Below are positions 52,401 through 64,000 of a stretch of DNA of 64,000 bases, in pieces; position 1 is the stretch's first letter, and every line of letters begins with the position of its first letter. The translations under genes were made by a program, and so were the position numbers. The notes under the pieces are model-generated. The model saw nothing but the letters and a program-made list of their open reading frames with translations. It was not told where the DNA came from and searched no databases. This DNA is from Harriotta raleighana. Taxonomy: Eukaryota. The DNA lies in the NCBI GenBank assembly GCA_050575255.1, contig JBNZDD010013683.1:3662929-3726928 (forward strand), read 5' to 3'.

Positions 52401-53018
52401 TTAACCCTGCAAAGACCACACCGATAGTGGTCGTCGTGGAACTTTTTTTGCTTCAAAAATAAAATCTAAAACAAGGCAGCAGTAGAAAGGGGGTAGAATG
52501 GCAAGAATTTTTCTCCTTTTCAACATTCATTCCATGGTGTCCAACATGTAACAATTTTTTTTTAACAGGATTCCTTGGTTCAGCAGCCAAGACGAGTGTT
52601 CAGAAGTTCATGGCAACTCGGCTCCGGAAATGGATTGTGTCAGAGCACAGTTCCTATGTCTTATTAAGGAATCCCATTAGAGATCACCTCATAATAGACT
52701 CCACTGTAAAATACCAAGTAATATTGTAACTGTAAGATTTATAATTTTTGCCTGGGGCCATGTAAATGCTAAGAAATACCTTTCTTACATGTTCAGAATG
52801 AAAATACGTTTAAGATTCAAAGAGAATAGTGACAGAGCCTTCCATCGTAGGCTTACAAGATGAATCTGTACTCTATCCTCACGGGTTGGTATTTCCGCAG
52901 TAAGTTATTCCATTCCACTTTTCAGCAAGGAAGCCTGAAGCTCCTTGGAATAATGAAGTATTCTTTTCAATGTAGCCTGAAAGGGACATAATAAGTTAAG
53001 AGAATCTCATTTAACCTC

Positions 53019-53293
53019 GGAGCACTGTAGCTCAGTGGTTAGAGCACTTGCTTTGAATGCGAGAGATCTGGCTTCATTTCTAAGTTGAGGAAGTTTTCTT
53101 ACTCCACACACCTGATAATAATCCCTCAAAAAAAAATTGGTCATTTCAATCCATAACTGTTTATGGGACACTGCTGTGCGCAATTGGCTGCCGCATTTTG
53201 CCCACAAATATACAGTCAATATTCAGTGAAGTACTTTGAGGCATCCAGAAGACGTGAAAAGTGCTACTTCAAATGCAATCATTATTATTATTA
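53019..53293 (+). mobile_element. Full-length young tRNA-Deu SINE (internal deletions)
   Basis: GGAGCACTGTAGCTCAGTGGTTAGAGCAC head, Deu core and ATTATTATT tail. Confidence 0.9.
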
Positions 53294-53384
53294 TTTAACT
53301 TAAGAACTTGTTAGTAGAGTGGATTGGATTCTACTCTTTGATCTATGAGAAATTACAATTAAATTTTAAAAATTACCCTCTGGA

Positions 53385-53610
53385 ACCCCATCCCGCAGTC
53401 CCTCCACCTTGCCCCCTCTCATGCCTCATTCAAAACCCATCTCAAGACTTCCTCTTCGACCATGCCTTCAATCGCCTCCATCCACACCTGCACTCTACCC
53501 TCCCCGATCCCGACCCCTGAAACACTGATTGTCCAGTGGGACATTGGCAAGTTCCCACAACGTGAAAGGCGCTATACAAATATAATTTTGTTGGTGTTGT
53601 TGTTGTTGTT
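53385..53610 (+). mobile_element. L2 3' end
   Basis: TTCAAAACCCATCTCAAGACTTCCTCTTCGAC (FKTHLK..LF-like) then CGTGAAAGGCGCTATACAAATATAATTTTGTTG. Confidence 0.8.
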
Positions 53611-56129
53611 GAAGTCAGACTCCTCTCTGCAGGTTAATTCAAGTTGGTTCAAGCAGTCTTCATCTTAGTAGACATGAGATCACAACATGTATTTTTTATG
53701 TAGAGAAGAGAGAATGAGTAAATGTTCAGACTGTCTCAAATCAAACTTGCAAAGCCTTCTCTATGTTCTAGCTGAGAGACTATTCTCTCAACGTCAAAGT
53801 AAATTGAGTCATTGATATTTTCCTGATCACCGCCACCTTGGAATTTGGTAGGCTTAAAAAAAAACAGCAACTTCATCAGAAAGCGAATACACTGTCGTGG
53901 ACATTTTTAGAAATCATTTGGCAATTCACACACATCTATTAGGCAGGATGTCAGTCTTTCTCCCTGGGTGTTACCGATGTCCCAGTGGCCTGGTACACCA
54001 CTGATAAAACTCATCAAGTGCATTTGGCAAGATAGTGGAACATCTGGCCCTGCTGGGATTTAAACGGTCACCACAGAGCACCTGCAATGTGGCTTTTCTC
54101 AATGTGACAATTGTACATTTCTTGATAATATTTAATGGAATTTCGTCAGCGTCCCACTTGTGATCAGGCAGAGAGCAAGTGAGAGAATGCTCTGCCTCAC
54201 TGAATGAATAACAGGCAGGCGAGAGGCTGATAAGTACAGCGAGAGATGGAAGAAATTTCTCCTGATAGGTATATTCTGAGCAGGACTAACACAGATAAGG
54301 ATAATGCGCTCAAAAAGTGGACATTGATTAACCAGTTAGGAACTGTAAGTAAATGCTTCTGGGTACCAGATGGGAACAGAGTTTCCAATCATGGGACGGG
54401 GTGGAAGAAAAAGTGTAGGGCCTATCTCAGCTGGGCAAAACGGAGCCTCAATCATAGGTGATCAATAGAGTTAAGGATCAGTCACATCTGTGGAAGCAGA
54501 AAGTTCACTTACCCTTTTAGATACCTCTAGATCATTCAGATTGCGAGCAAGTTTAACAAGCATTTCTTCAAGACACCAGATTCATTCTTTCTCTCACCCG
54601 TTAAATCCCCCAAATGTTTAAACGAGAGTAAAAAAAAAAGTCCTCTTTCAGTGCCATAATGATTATGATTCTATGACACTTTCTTTTTGATTTCTTGTGA
54701 CCCAGATGGATAGGCACTTCATACAACACAACATAATAAAACTTTTAAGGTAATATTTACACAACACACTGAAAGAAAACTGAATAGTGCACAACACTCA
54801 GTGGATGCTAAAACCTCACCATGACCACAAAAGAGAGCTGGATCTAAATTTAAGATGCAACTATTTATATTTTCATTAAAAATTACAAGATGTATCAATT
54901 ACTTATTTTTGTAACACTGGGCAATGCAGAAATACTAGATTGTGCCCAATGGCACAGATAAACAACTTGTTTTACTAGTTAAAGGTTAAGACTTTGACGT
55001 ATTTTAAACCCTTATTAAAACATAGGTGATGTGCACTCAACAGTGGAATCCACACACACTCGTTCAGAAATCCATAGGAGCCAAATAATTATAATAATAT
55101 TTTAAGGAGCTACATTTATTCCTTCTTCAAATCGTGTTTGTTACCAGGAATATAATTGCACTGGGGAGGATATTGAGAATGAACCGTAACAAAGATTATT
55201 TTATTTTTTTTACTGTGGAAATTTAAACCTCTAGAGCTCTCCAGTGATGCTGCCATTAATGATTTACATTGGCAGCAGCCTAGAACTGCGCTACTCAACA
55301 TTGAAGACCTTGACCTAAATGTAGAGCATGGTCCGATTCTCCACTTGCTTAGAATGCCTTGAGCAAAGGGAAGAGATTGCAGCAGAACTCCACATCACAC
55401 CCACAAGTAAAATCAATGTGTGATTATCCACATGATTTATGTATGGATATACATGTGCGACAAATATACAAAGTGAAAACTGCATTTTGTTTAAGAAAAA
55501 CACACGGGAGAGAGATGTTTAGATCAAAGCTAATTGCCATCATTAAAGCCTTGCTTCTTGACTACCAGTTTTTTCTTTCATTGCTTCATTTCATTTTTCC
55601 ACCAGACTTTGTGTTTATTCGTTCCTCCCACCTCTTTGACTGTTTTTGTTGCATTTCCTTTTCTTTGCTTATTTTCTTTCTCCCAATTTCTCCCCTCCTT
55701 GAACAGTTATCGTTTACTGCTGTAAATCTACAAATATTTTGCCAGAGGGGGATTTAGTGACATTGTTGTAGCCAAGACATAAAAACAGACCCTCACTTCA
55801 TTCCACGATAACACAACCTTGAACATAAGTGTTTTAAGAAATGACTAGCTGTATTTTGGTTAAAAATCGATACTAGCACAATGTGATGTGAGTCGCTACT
55901 TAAATAAATAGAGCTAGTTTCCAAGATAGCCAAACAGTAAGTGGGTTGACACTGTAAATACTTTTGTTGCCAAAATTGGAGTTGAACATACAGTGGGAAT
56001 CACTTGAGCTTCACGCCATATCTCTCATTTATTCTTATACAGGTGTCAGCCTGGCTCAGTTGATAGCATTCCCATCTCTGGGTCAGAAGTTTGTGCGTTC
56101 AAGCCTTTTGTCCGGACGTTGAGCTCCCT

Positions 56130-56566
56130 TTTACAGCTCAACATCCCAAACACTTGCCAAGTTTGCCAAACTGCTCCTGCTCCCTGTCACAGAGCAGATC
56201 AACTTCAAGATTCTCACTCATGTTTAATTCCCTCCACTACTCGGCACTCCTCTCTCCTCCTAGCAGTACCTGCCCCCTCCCCTCTACTGGGTCCGGCCTC
56301 CTCCTTGTCCCCCAAATCCTCTGCTGCACCATCAGCGGCCTGCTTTCAGCCACAACATCCAAAATCGTTGGAACTCACTCCCTCAACCTCCTTCAGCTCG
56401 TCCCCTGCTTTCCCATCTTCAGGTTGTGGCTGAAGACCTTTCCCTTCAACTGCGCTTACAGTCACTTTCCTCTCCCTCTGCTTGGCCTCGTGCTCCACTA
56501 TGGTGAAGAGTTCTGAGACGCCGCCCGGTGTGGTGGGCCCTATATAAATGCAAATTGTTGTTGTTG
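56130..56566 (+). mobile_element. L2 LINE 3' fragment (second tail family)
   Basis: Frameshifted I.FKIL, AFS..WNSLP and FRLWLKTF motifs, then CTGAGACGCCGCCCGGTGTGG...TATATAAATGCAAATTGTTG. Confidence 0.82.
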
Positions 56567-59500
56567 GGTCCAGCGTTTATTTATTGTGTGGAGATTGGCC
56601 CTGTGTACACCGATCAAATTCTGTCATGGACTTCTTCCAAAATTGGAAGTTTCGTCCAACAAAACACATGCCGACTTAAATAAAAGATTTGCTGAATGTG
56701 ATCACACCTGCAGGACTGTTCCAGAATTGGGCAGATGTGCACAAAGCTTATAGCTATGAAAGGCAGAGTTCACTGCTCTGGCTTTACCGATGCTTGTGGC
56801 TGTAATTTGTTTTCTGAGAGTGGAGCAGTAAATCAGAAACGTTGCCATCCATCTAACTCCCACAGTGCCTGACGTCAAAGCACTCAATGTCGAAGCCATT
56901 CTAAGGTGGGGAGCCCTGACCGCAAATAGCTCACCAATCACTGAACAAAAGTGAAAAGGACAATTTTTAATCACTAATTGGCAACCCTGGAGTTATTCAG
57001 TTTAAGGGCAAAAGATGAAAGTTAAATATTGAGCTAAATCACATTCCCAGAGTAGAGAAAGAGAAAAGATTTCACAAGTTCCCACAGCATTGCTGTCAAC
57101 AAAATCTACATGAATAATTCCTCAATTGGACTTCGAAGTGTACTAATAGGAACTTGTACCATTGGTATTTATGGTACACCAACAAAGGATTAAGACAAAT
57201 CTATTACACCATATGATATGTTTCAAAAGAAAATATACCTTTGTCGACCACCTTTGAATGTTACTTTGAGGTTTGTGACTGTTATTTAAGGTTTTGGAGA
57301 AGCATTCACATTAGCACCTCATCTGATTACTGCTTGTCATATTATTGGCATTGAGAGAGTTATTTGGTTAGAAAGAAATAGCCCCACTGTGATCATTAAT
57401 ATTTTTTTTATATATCAATCTGAACCACCCAGAGTTCCAAGCATTTGAAGGTAAATTCCATTCAAGTACAATGCTAATTAACACGTGTAGTGTTCAACCC
57501 TTGGGTATTTCCAAATTAATATCAGAATAATTCAAAACGTTGATAGTGACAGCAAAACATATTCAATTAAAAGAGTAGAGTATATCTGAAAAACATTAAA
57601 TATCTGTATACCTGTAAAATATACCTACAAAACATTAAATATATACCGTTTTTAGGATCCTTCTCTAAAAAGGCTTTTGCAACAAAAAAAAACGCATACA
57701 CAGCACCAGAACAGTTGAATGTGACCTGGAAAGTCGTACAATATGTCTGGAAAAGCCAGCTGGAGTTCACTGGAATGATTTGCACAGTGGCCGACACCCA
57801 TTGATAGATGGCAGACACCGGAGTCAGCAATACATCTCTGTGCCAGCTAGTTTGGATATGTACAAAAAAACAGATTCATCCTTGCATGAGTGGGAGCCAT
57901 CAACCCCCCATTAAGATCCTCAATCTTTGGCACACAGCAGAGTGCCTATAAAACTTAACCACTCAACGAAACGGAGACTTCCAGGTTTCTGCGCTGTTAC
58001 TATCAGCTGCAGCTCTGGCTGAGTCCTTCTTAAAAGGTTTGCAAAAGGCCCGAAGAGGCAACGCTGGTTTCTCAAAATCATCATTTGACATCCTGATTAA
58101 TATTCTCAATGTCTTACGATTCAAAGCTATTGAACGTACAGTCATACAGGAAATCTCAACCATGAAGAGAACGGTTTCATCTCATAGCCTCACTTCTTTA
58201 AAAAAAAACTCGGACTGGACTGGGCAGTTGGGACATCTCGGAGGGTACTGGTGTAATACCATGTTCATTCAAGTGAACCCAACTGCTTGACACACGAGTG
58301 ACTTAATTGCCCTTTGAGTGGTTAGGTGGACGAACCCACGGGATCCCATGTGCAATCCTACTTACAGAATGAAATTGTTGAGAATTTATAAATATAATTT
58401 CCTGGCTTGGCATAATGTGTCCTTTTTGTGTGCACTGTACATATTTGTGCGTTCTGTTGTGGGACACCGCTATTCACACAAATGAAACAATTCACCAGGC
58501 AATGGGGCATGGTATGATATCGCGGCTAATGTTTACTGTGGGAATCGTGGACATTTGTAGATCTGATCAGAAAGGGCTAATTGGTTCACCCTATAGTTTC
58601 ACTGACGTCTCAACTGGTTCCTCGATCCAAAACGATGTCATCCAAGACGCAGCTTCTAAGAACAGCAAACAAAGCACTCCGTTTCTAACAAATGCCAAAC
58701 ATATCCTCTATTCATCAGTAACTGCAGCGCATAAGACAGCAACATTACAGAGAGTGACCCATTGCTTCAGCATTTATTCCATTGTTGTTCGCTAGTTAAT
58801 TCCAAATAAGATTACTTTTCAGATGTTGCTCTTGATGTTTTCAGCTTGAATTGCAGTCATGTTTTAAAGACAACAGGCAAAGAACCGAGAGTATAATTTA
58901 ATTTGCGTTCAGCTCTTTGTGATATTTGCTAAACTAATTGCTTACTGGAGCAATGATGTTCTCAGATCCTGACTTGGCGTAGTGTAAATGTAGACTGTGT
59001 GAATGCGTACAGAAGGAGGGGAATTGTAGTCTCGCGGCAGGGGAGAGAGCGCGGAAAATAACTTTCCTTTTGAACACAAACCTTCAGGGGGTTGAAAACG
59101 CTGAGTCCCTCCTTGCATTGTCTGAATGGATCTATTCAGCTGCAGCTCTTCAATTTTTTGGGATGAAGTCAATGGTATTCGCAAAATTAACAAGCTCCTG
59201 CAGTAATTGCAATTCAAACGCATTTAATTTCTACCATATCAAAATAGGTGCCGAATTGAATTTAAAAGCGATTACTTTTTATTGCCACACACACATTGCA
59301 GCCTTTCAATTATGGGGCAATTGCAGTGGGTGCCAGGGGATCAGAACCTACACTATTTTGTTTAAACTGAGCTCAGATGACAATTTGAAGGGTTTTGTTC
59401 TACAATGTGGCAAAGGGGAAGTACTGTATTATGAGTTTTCAGGAAAAAGTAATACAGTAGATGCACCTTTTTTCTCTCCAAAACAAAGAGGAGAGTGTGA

Positions 59501-60774
59501 AGAAATAAACGGCGATAGCCGTTACAACTGTAGAAGAAGCACTTTCATTGAGTTTCTATTAAAAGCGGATCAAAGTAACATGGGAGACCATCAAACCTGA
59601 TAAATCAAGAGCTGATTCTACTCTCAACCCACCACCCAAATCCCCACCTTTCCTGGTTCTTGTAAATCACAATTTTAGGCTATTTACCAATGATATCAGA
59701 ACAGCAAGACAAATGTCAGATTGGTGTTTCAAATCTCCGGGAATGCTACCTCTCTGTCTTGCAATTAGATTGAGCTTGTCCTCAACGTACCATCAAGGGG
59801 AGAACTTGTTAAAAACATTGATTTGGGGACACTTGGAACACAAACTACCAACCATTTCGGGAAAGAGGCTCTAATGAAACACTGGTGGCATTTTCGAAAA
59901 GGTGCCATCAAGGATCAGGCTTGACTATAAATTTACTGCAAGTCAGGCCCTATCTACTCATTTCAGTGATTCAAGTGGACATTGAAGATCTTAACAGCAC
60001 TATTTTGAACAAAAGAGAGTACTCCTGGTGATCTGGTCAATATCCCTCTCGGATTCAAATCAAATCCATTAAAAGAATAGCTCAATTGATCATCCATCTC
60101 ATTGTAGTCTGTGTGATGTTGCTGGTGGAGATTTACCAGCCACACCATAAGTCACTGCAAATTCTTTGTTTGAAGCACCTTGGGATGTTTTCACGCACTA
60201 CGATCCTATATCAAAAATGAAACCCGTTTTCTGAAAGCTTTTCTAATACTATTTCTGAAGAATTGTACCCTGATGGAAAATATCAAAATGGTAAATACTG
60301 TATATCAAATAATAAAATAAAGCCGGCTTGGGTTTACGAATTTTGCTCCATAAAATATGGACTTGCTGAACTCAAACGGACTAAAGAAAAAAACAGATCA
60401 AACGAGAAGTTGCAAGATATGTTAATCCATAGACCCTATCAGATCATTGATCGAGCATCCGAGTAATGGGGGAAACACATGACTGACTATAAGGAGAATT
60501 CAATGACTTATCTTAAAAACAGCCTGAAGTAGAATATGCTGTAGGAATGTGAAAGCCAGTGAACTGAAGAGAAACTGTCTGGAAATAAATGTTTGTTCCC
60601 AATGTTCAAAGTTGAGAATGTCACCGAAAGTTTTTTTTAAATTAGCCAGGAAGGGGGAATGTAATGCACATAACTGTTGCAGTTCATCTGAATAGGATCT
60701 GAAATAGTAAATAGTTGGGAGAGAGGAAAGCAAATTCCAGTATGTTTGGTATGTCAAACAACAACTGGCTCACT

Positions 60775-61001
60775 CTGATAGAAAGTACACAGTGGATTAC
60801 GGGATGAAACTAATGTTCCAAAAGCAATCAACACCAAAAGCTTTAACATGGGGAAAATCTCGGGAATAAACTGGAAATGCAACACTTCAGCAAATGGGCA
60901 CAATTAATTCTTCAAGCTTTAAAGGAGATACCTCAGAGGGGAACTTGCACAAATTTCATCATGTAGTTTCATCACGTAATCCACTGTGTACTTTCTATCA
61001 G
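60775..61001. repeat. 38-bp inverted repeat (37/38 identical) enclosing ~150 bp
   Basis: CTGATAGAAAGTACACAGTGGATTACGGGATGAAACTA (60775-60812) versus TAGTTTCATCACGTAATCCACTGTGTACTTTCTATCAG (60964-61001). Confidence 0.92.
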
Positions 61002-61009
61002 TCGGGGGC

Positions 61010-61285
61010 ACAATACTTTCAGACGCACTCAAGACAACAAATGGAAAGCCACTGGTTTAGAGTTGCAAAGGACAATTTCAGGACAGATTTAAGGAAATAA
61101 TTCTGCACCATAATTATCAACTATTACAGGCTACCGGGGAATGTGGTTGAGGCCCAGATAACTGGACGCATTTGGTAAACCATTTGATGCTCTGATGGGC
61201 CAGTGGAAAGATGGGGGATTCTGTCAGGACGAGATTAAATAGACTGAGGAGTCATCTTCATACGAACCTCTCTTGTGATCTTATG
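61010..61285 (+). mobile_element. CR1 LINE 3' end
   Basis: H.FRVAKDNFRTDLRK...LPGNVVEA peptide followed by a 3' UTR ending CTTGTGATCTTATG. Confidence 0.78.
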
Positions 61286-64000
61286 GTGAAATTATTGGTG
61301 TTCATGCACAGAGATCAATTATTGGTGTTCATGCAATGAGTTGTGAGCATCACAGTGTTGCTCCCTTCATTTCCCGACGTGAAAGGTGCACTATAAATGT
61401 AATTTTTTTGTTGTTGTTGTTGTAAATGCTAATACTTTTGCAGTAATGTGCGTAAAGCACTATGAGAACCTCTGACATCTTTAAAATGATTGGAAAAATA
61501 TTAAACTTCCAAGGAAATATGACTCAAACCATTTGCAGCATGATTGCATTTAAAAGCTTCTTGTGGAAAAACAAAAAAATGCTTCCTCCAAAAATCAATG
61601 GCTGGGACAGAACCTTTAGAAGCTGCACATAAAACAAATTAAGTAAATTTCCAAAAGAAAATCAATGGTTTACACGGAAAAAAAATGCTGCCAGAATGAG
61701 TTAATTGATGCACCAGCCAATGATTTCTCAAAATATTGCTTTATGTCCAACTGGGAATACTGTTAGTTCCTGCCGAGTAGTTTTATTCAAGTTAAATTAC
61801 AAAGGAAGTGCCAGTGAGTCCATATGAAAAGACATTGAACTCAGAAATGTATATTCGAAGAAACCCGCTCTGGGATTCATCAATAAAAGTTTCTTAGCTT
61901 TCCTGCTCAGAGAGTAAATTTGTTCTGAGGAAACGCGCGAGTGTTACAAGGAGGACATATTTCAAACGAATGGGTTAGTCTCTGACAAGTGTAATTGCAA
62001 ACTATTTATGCAGAGAATCAACCCAGGTTTAGATTCATTCTATTGATGTAACATTTTAGTATTCATTTTGAAGTCAGTGTTCTGCAAGTGCTTTTAGGAA
62101 TGACAGAATTAAGATTAAATTCAACAGTTTGCCAAATTCGAAATAACTCTATACTATGCTCCAGTAGTAGAGTGAATCTAGATTCAGGTGGAATTTCTCC
62201 CCATGAATTTCTCCCCAAGGTTAATTACTTTTGGTCTCGTCTATTTGTCAGCCAAATGCAAAGTCTCACGTCTCATTGTAGTGTTCACGCCTATGGCATG
62301 TGATTCAATGTCAGTGGATGGATGGAGGAGGAGCAGGTGAACGGGGAAAAGCAGAGGAAGATGGTGTTATCATTTATTGAGTGAGTTAGATTGGACAATA
62401 ATTGCCTAAACAGAAACAATAACTACAGATATTGGTTTGTGTCAAGAATTGGAGCTGTGTCTTCATTTGCATTCAGAACCCAGTTCTGCACACAGAAACT
62501 ATCTCATTCCAACCAAATAATAAAATTTACAACTGACTCACTTTAAACAGATCTCTTCCTTGCCAAGATTCCAATGGCTTAGTACAATTGAGGAGTATAG
62601 AATATATAAACGTGCAAACACAGGTACTGTACAGACCAAAACCTCCACCTAATTATCCTTTCTTGATTGATTTGCATTAGGTTTAATACAAAAGACTTCG
62701 TCAAAAGTAAATTAAGAGCAGAAGTATGTTTGGAATGGGGAAATACCATTCGATCCATCAAAATTTGTTCCCTTCACATAACATGTACAACGCCACTCCA
62801 GTACAGTACTTTTTGAACACTGGCTCTCAAGGATAAACTGAGCAAACCCCCAAATGTGTGATCTTACAGTACTTTCATTATTCATTTCATTGGCTGCATC
62901 ACCATGTTCCACACGACATTCATCCTATCTGGATATATTTTCATTATTCTAAGGTCATGTTCTTAATCAGATAGTCATCAAACTCTCCCTTAAAGTCATG
63001 GTTGATAAAACTTTTACTGATTTTGTAAAAGTTTAATTTGCACATTGATTGCTCCGTGTGAGAGAGAAGAAACTTTTTTTAATATTTGCCTGAGAATTGC
63101 TAACTTACATCGGCATCTTCCACGTCTGAACTTATAGTATGAATTGAATAGCACGCGTTCATATCTGCATTTCCCATTCCTCTCAGTTTTAGCATCTTAG
63201 AAACCCACATTGCTCATCTTCTCCATCATCTTTATTGCAATGAAAAATTAATTGAAAACAGGTTCAACAAGTTTAACTTGATATTGAAAAGCAAATAGTG
63301 AAACTGGTGCCAACTTTGAAAGTTAATGAATCTATGTTGTAACCCTCTACATTCTGGTCTGAAGAGATGTTCTATAGCTTCTGTGCTATTGAATTGCACA
63401 ACTCTAAGTTTCTTTTGAATAAAGAAGGTGAACATCACTGTTTTAAACAAAAATGTTTCTGGTTCTCATCAAAGGTATACAGTGCAGACAATGATAAATG
63501 CTGTAATATTCAGATTTAGTCATTTTGCTTGAGTCAGCATTCCGAGATAATTAAAATGCAATTCCTGTACTTGTTTTCACGCAACGATAGTTCCACAAAA
63601 CTGAAGTATTTTAATAACCATAAATAGTGGGCATCTATAATAATGTTTCCCTCATTAATAAACACTTCACATCCAGCATATTCTCGTATAAGAGAGTAAC
63701 CACTAGAATAGCTCCCCAAAGAATTGCTTGAGTAAAACATTGTTCTTCAGGACTTTGTTCAATCATGTGAATTATGTCAGTGAACACACTACAAGATGAC
63801 AAACCTTCAAGCACTCCCAGGGCTATTCTCAAACTTTGCAAAGAGATATTAAAAATTCTAACATATGGTCAATCTACTGTACATCATATTGAGCAGGAGC
63901 CATCGATTCTCTGCTCCCCAGATATTTATAACTAAAATCAGACATTTCTCAACTTCTATTTTTATCCATATTAATATAGTAATATGTTCTACTAATTAAT

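Noticed and set aside
52381-52440. TTAACCCT as a piggyBac terminus
   Set aside because: No matching AGGGTTAA end found nearby.
1-64000. Supplied ORF track as genes
   Set aside because: The ORFs are short, often non-ATG, and fall in repeats or random intronic sequence. Recurring peptides such as AVSHKQ.WIEMTNF are SINE translations.

Overview
AT-rich vertebrate genomic DNA, almost entirely intronic. Two minus-strand coding exons with canonical AG/GT boundaries (28232-28357, 126 bp; 16403-16525, 123 bp) encode consecutive EGF-like domains of NELL1, apparently EGF2 and EGF3 (human exons 13-14 by my recollection). The ORF track misses both. I found no neighbouring NELL1 exons, so the rest is three large introns. 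These contain tRNA-head/Deu-domain SINEs of two ages, L2 and CR1 LINE 3' fragments, three Tigger-like MITEs, two Penelope-type repeats with decayed hammerhead ribozyme cores, possible very old L1-clade remnants, microsatellites and several hairpins. The repeat content suggests a cartilaginous fish, plausibly the elephant shark (inference, unverified). Seven single-N positions with duplicated flanks look like assembly artefacts. I see no evidence of a new multi-gene system. The best leads are the hammerhead relics, an orphan 38-bp inverted repeat, MITE structure, and a promoter-type motif cluster at ~59.0 kb. Repeat boundaries are approximate unless TIR/TSD positions are given; family assignments are from memory of consensus sequences, not database searches.
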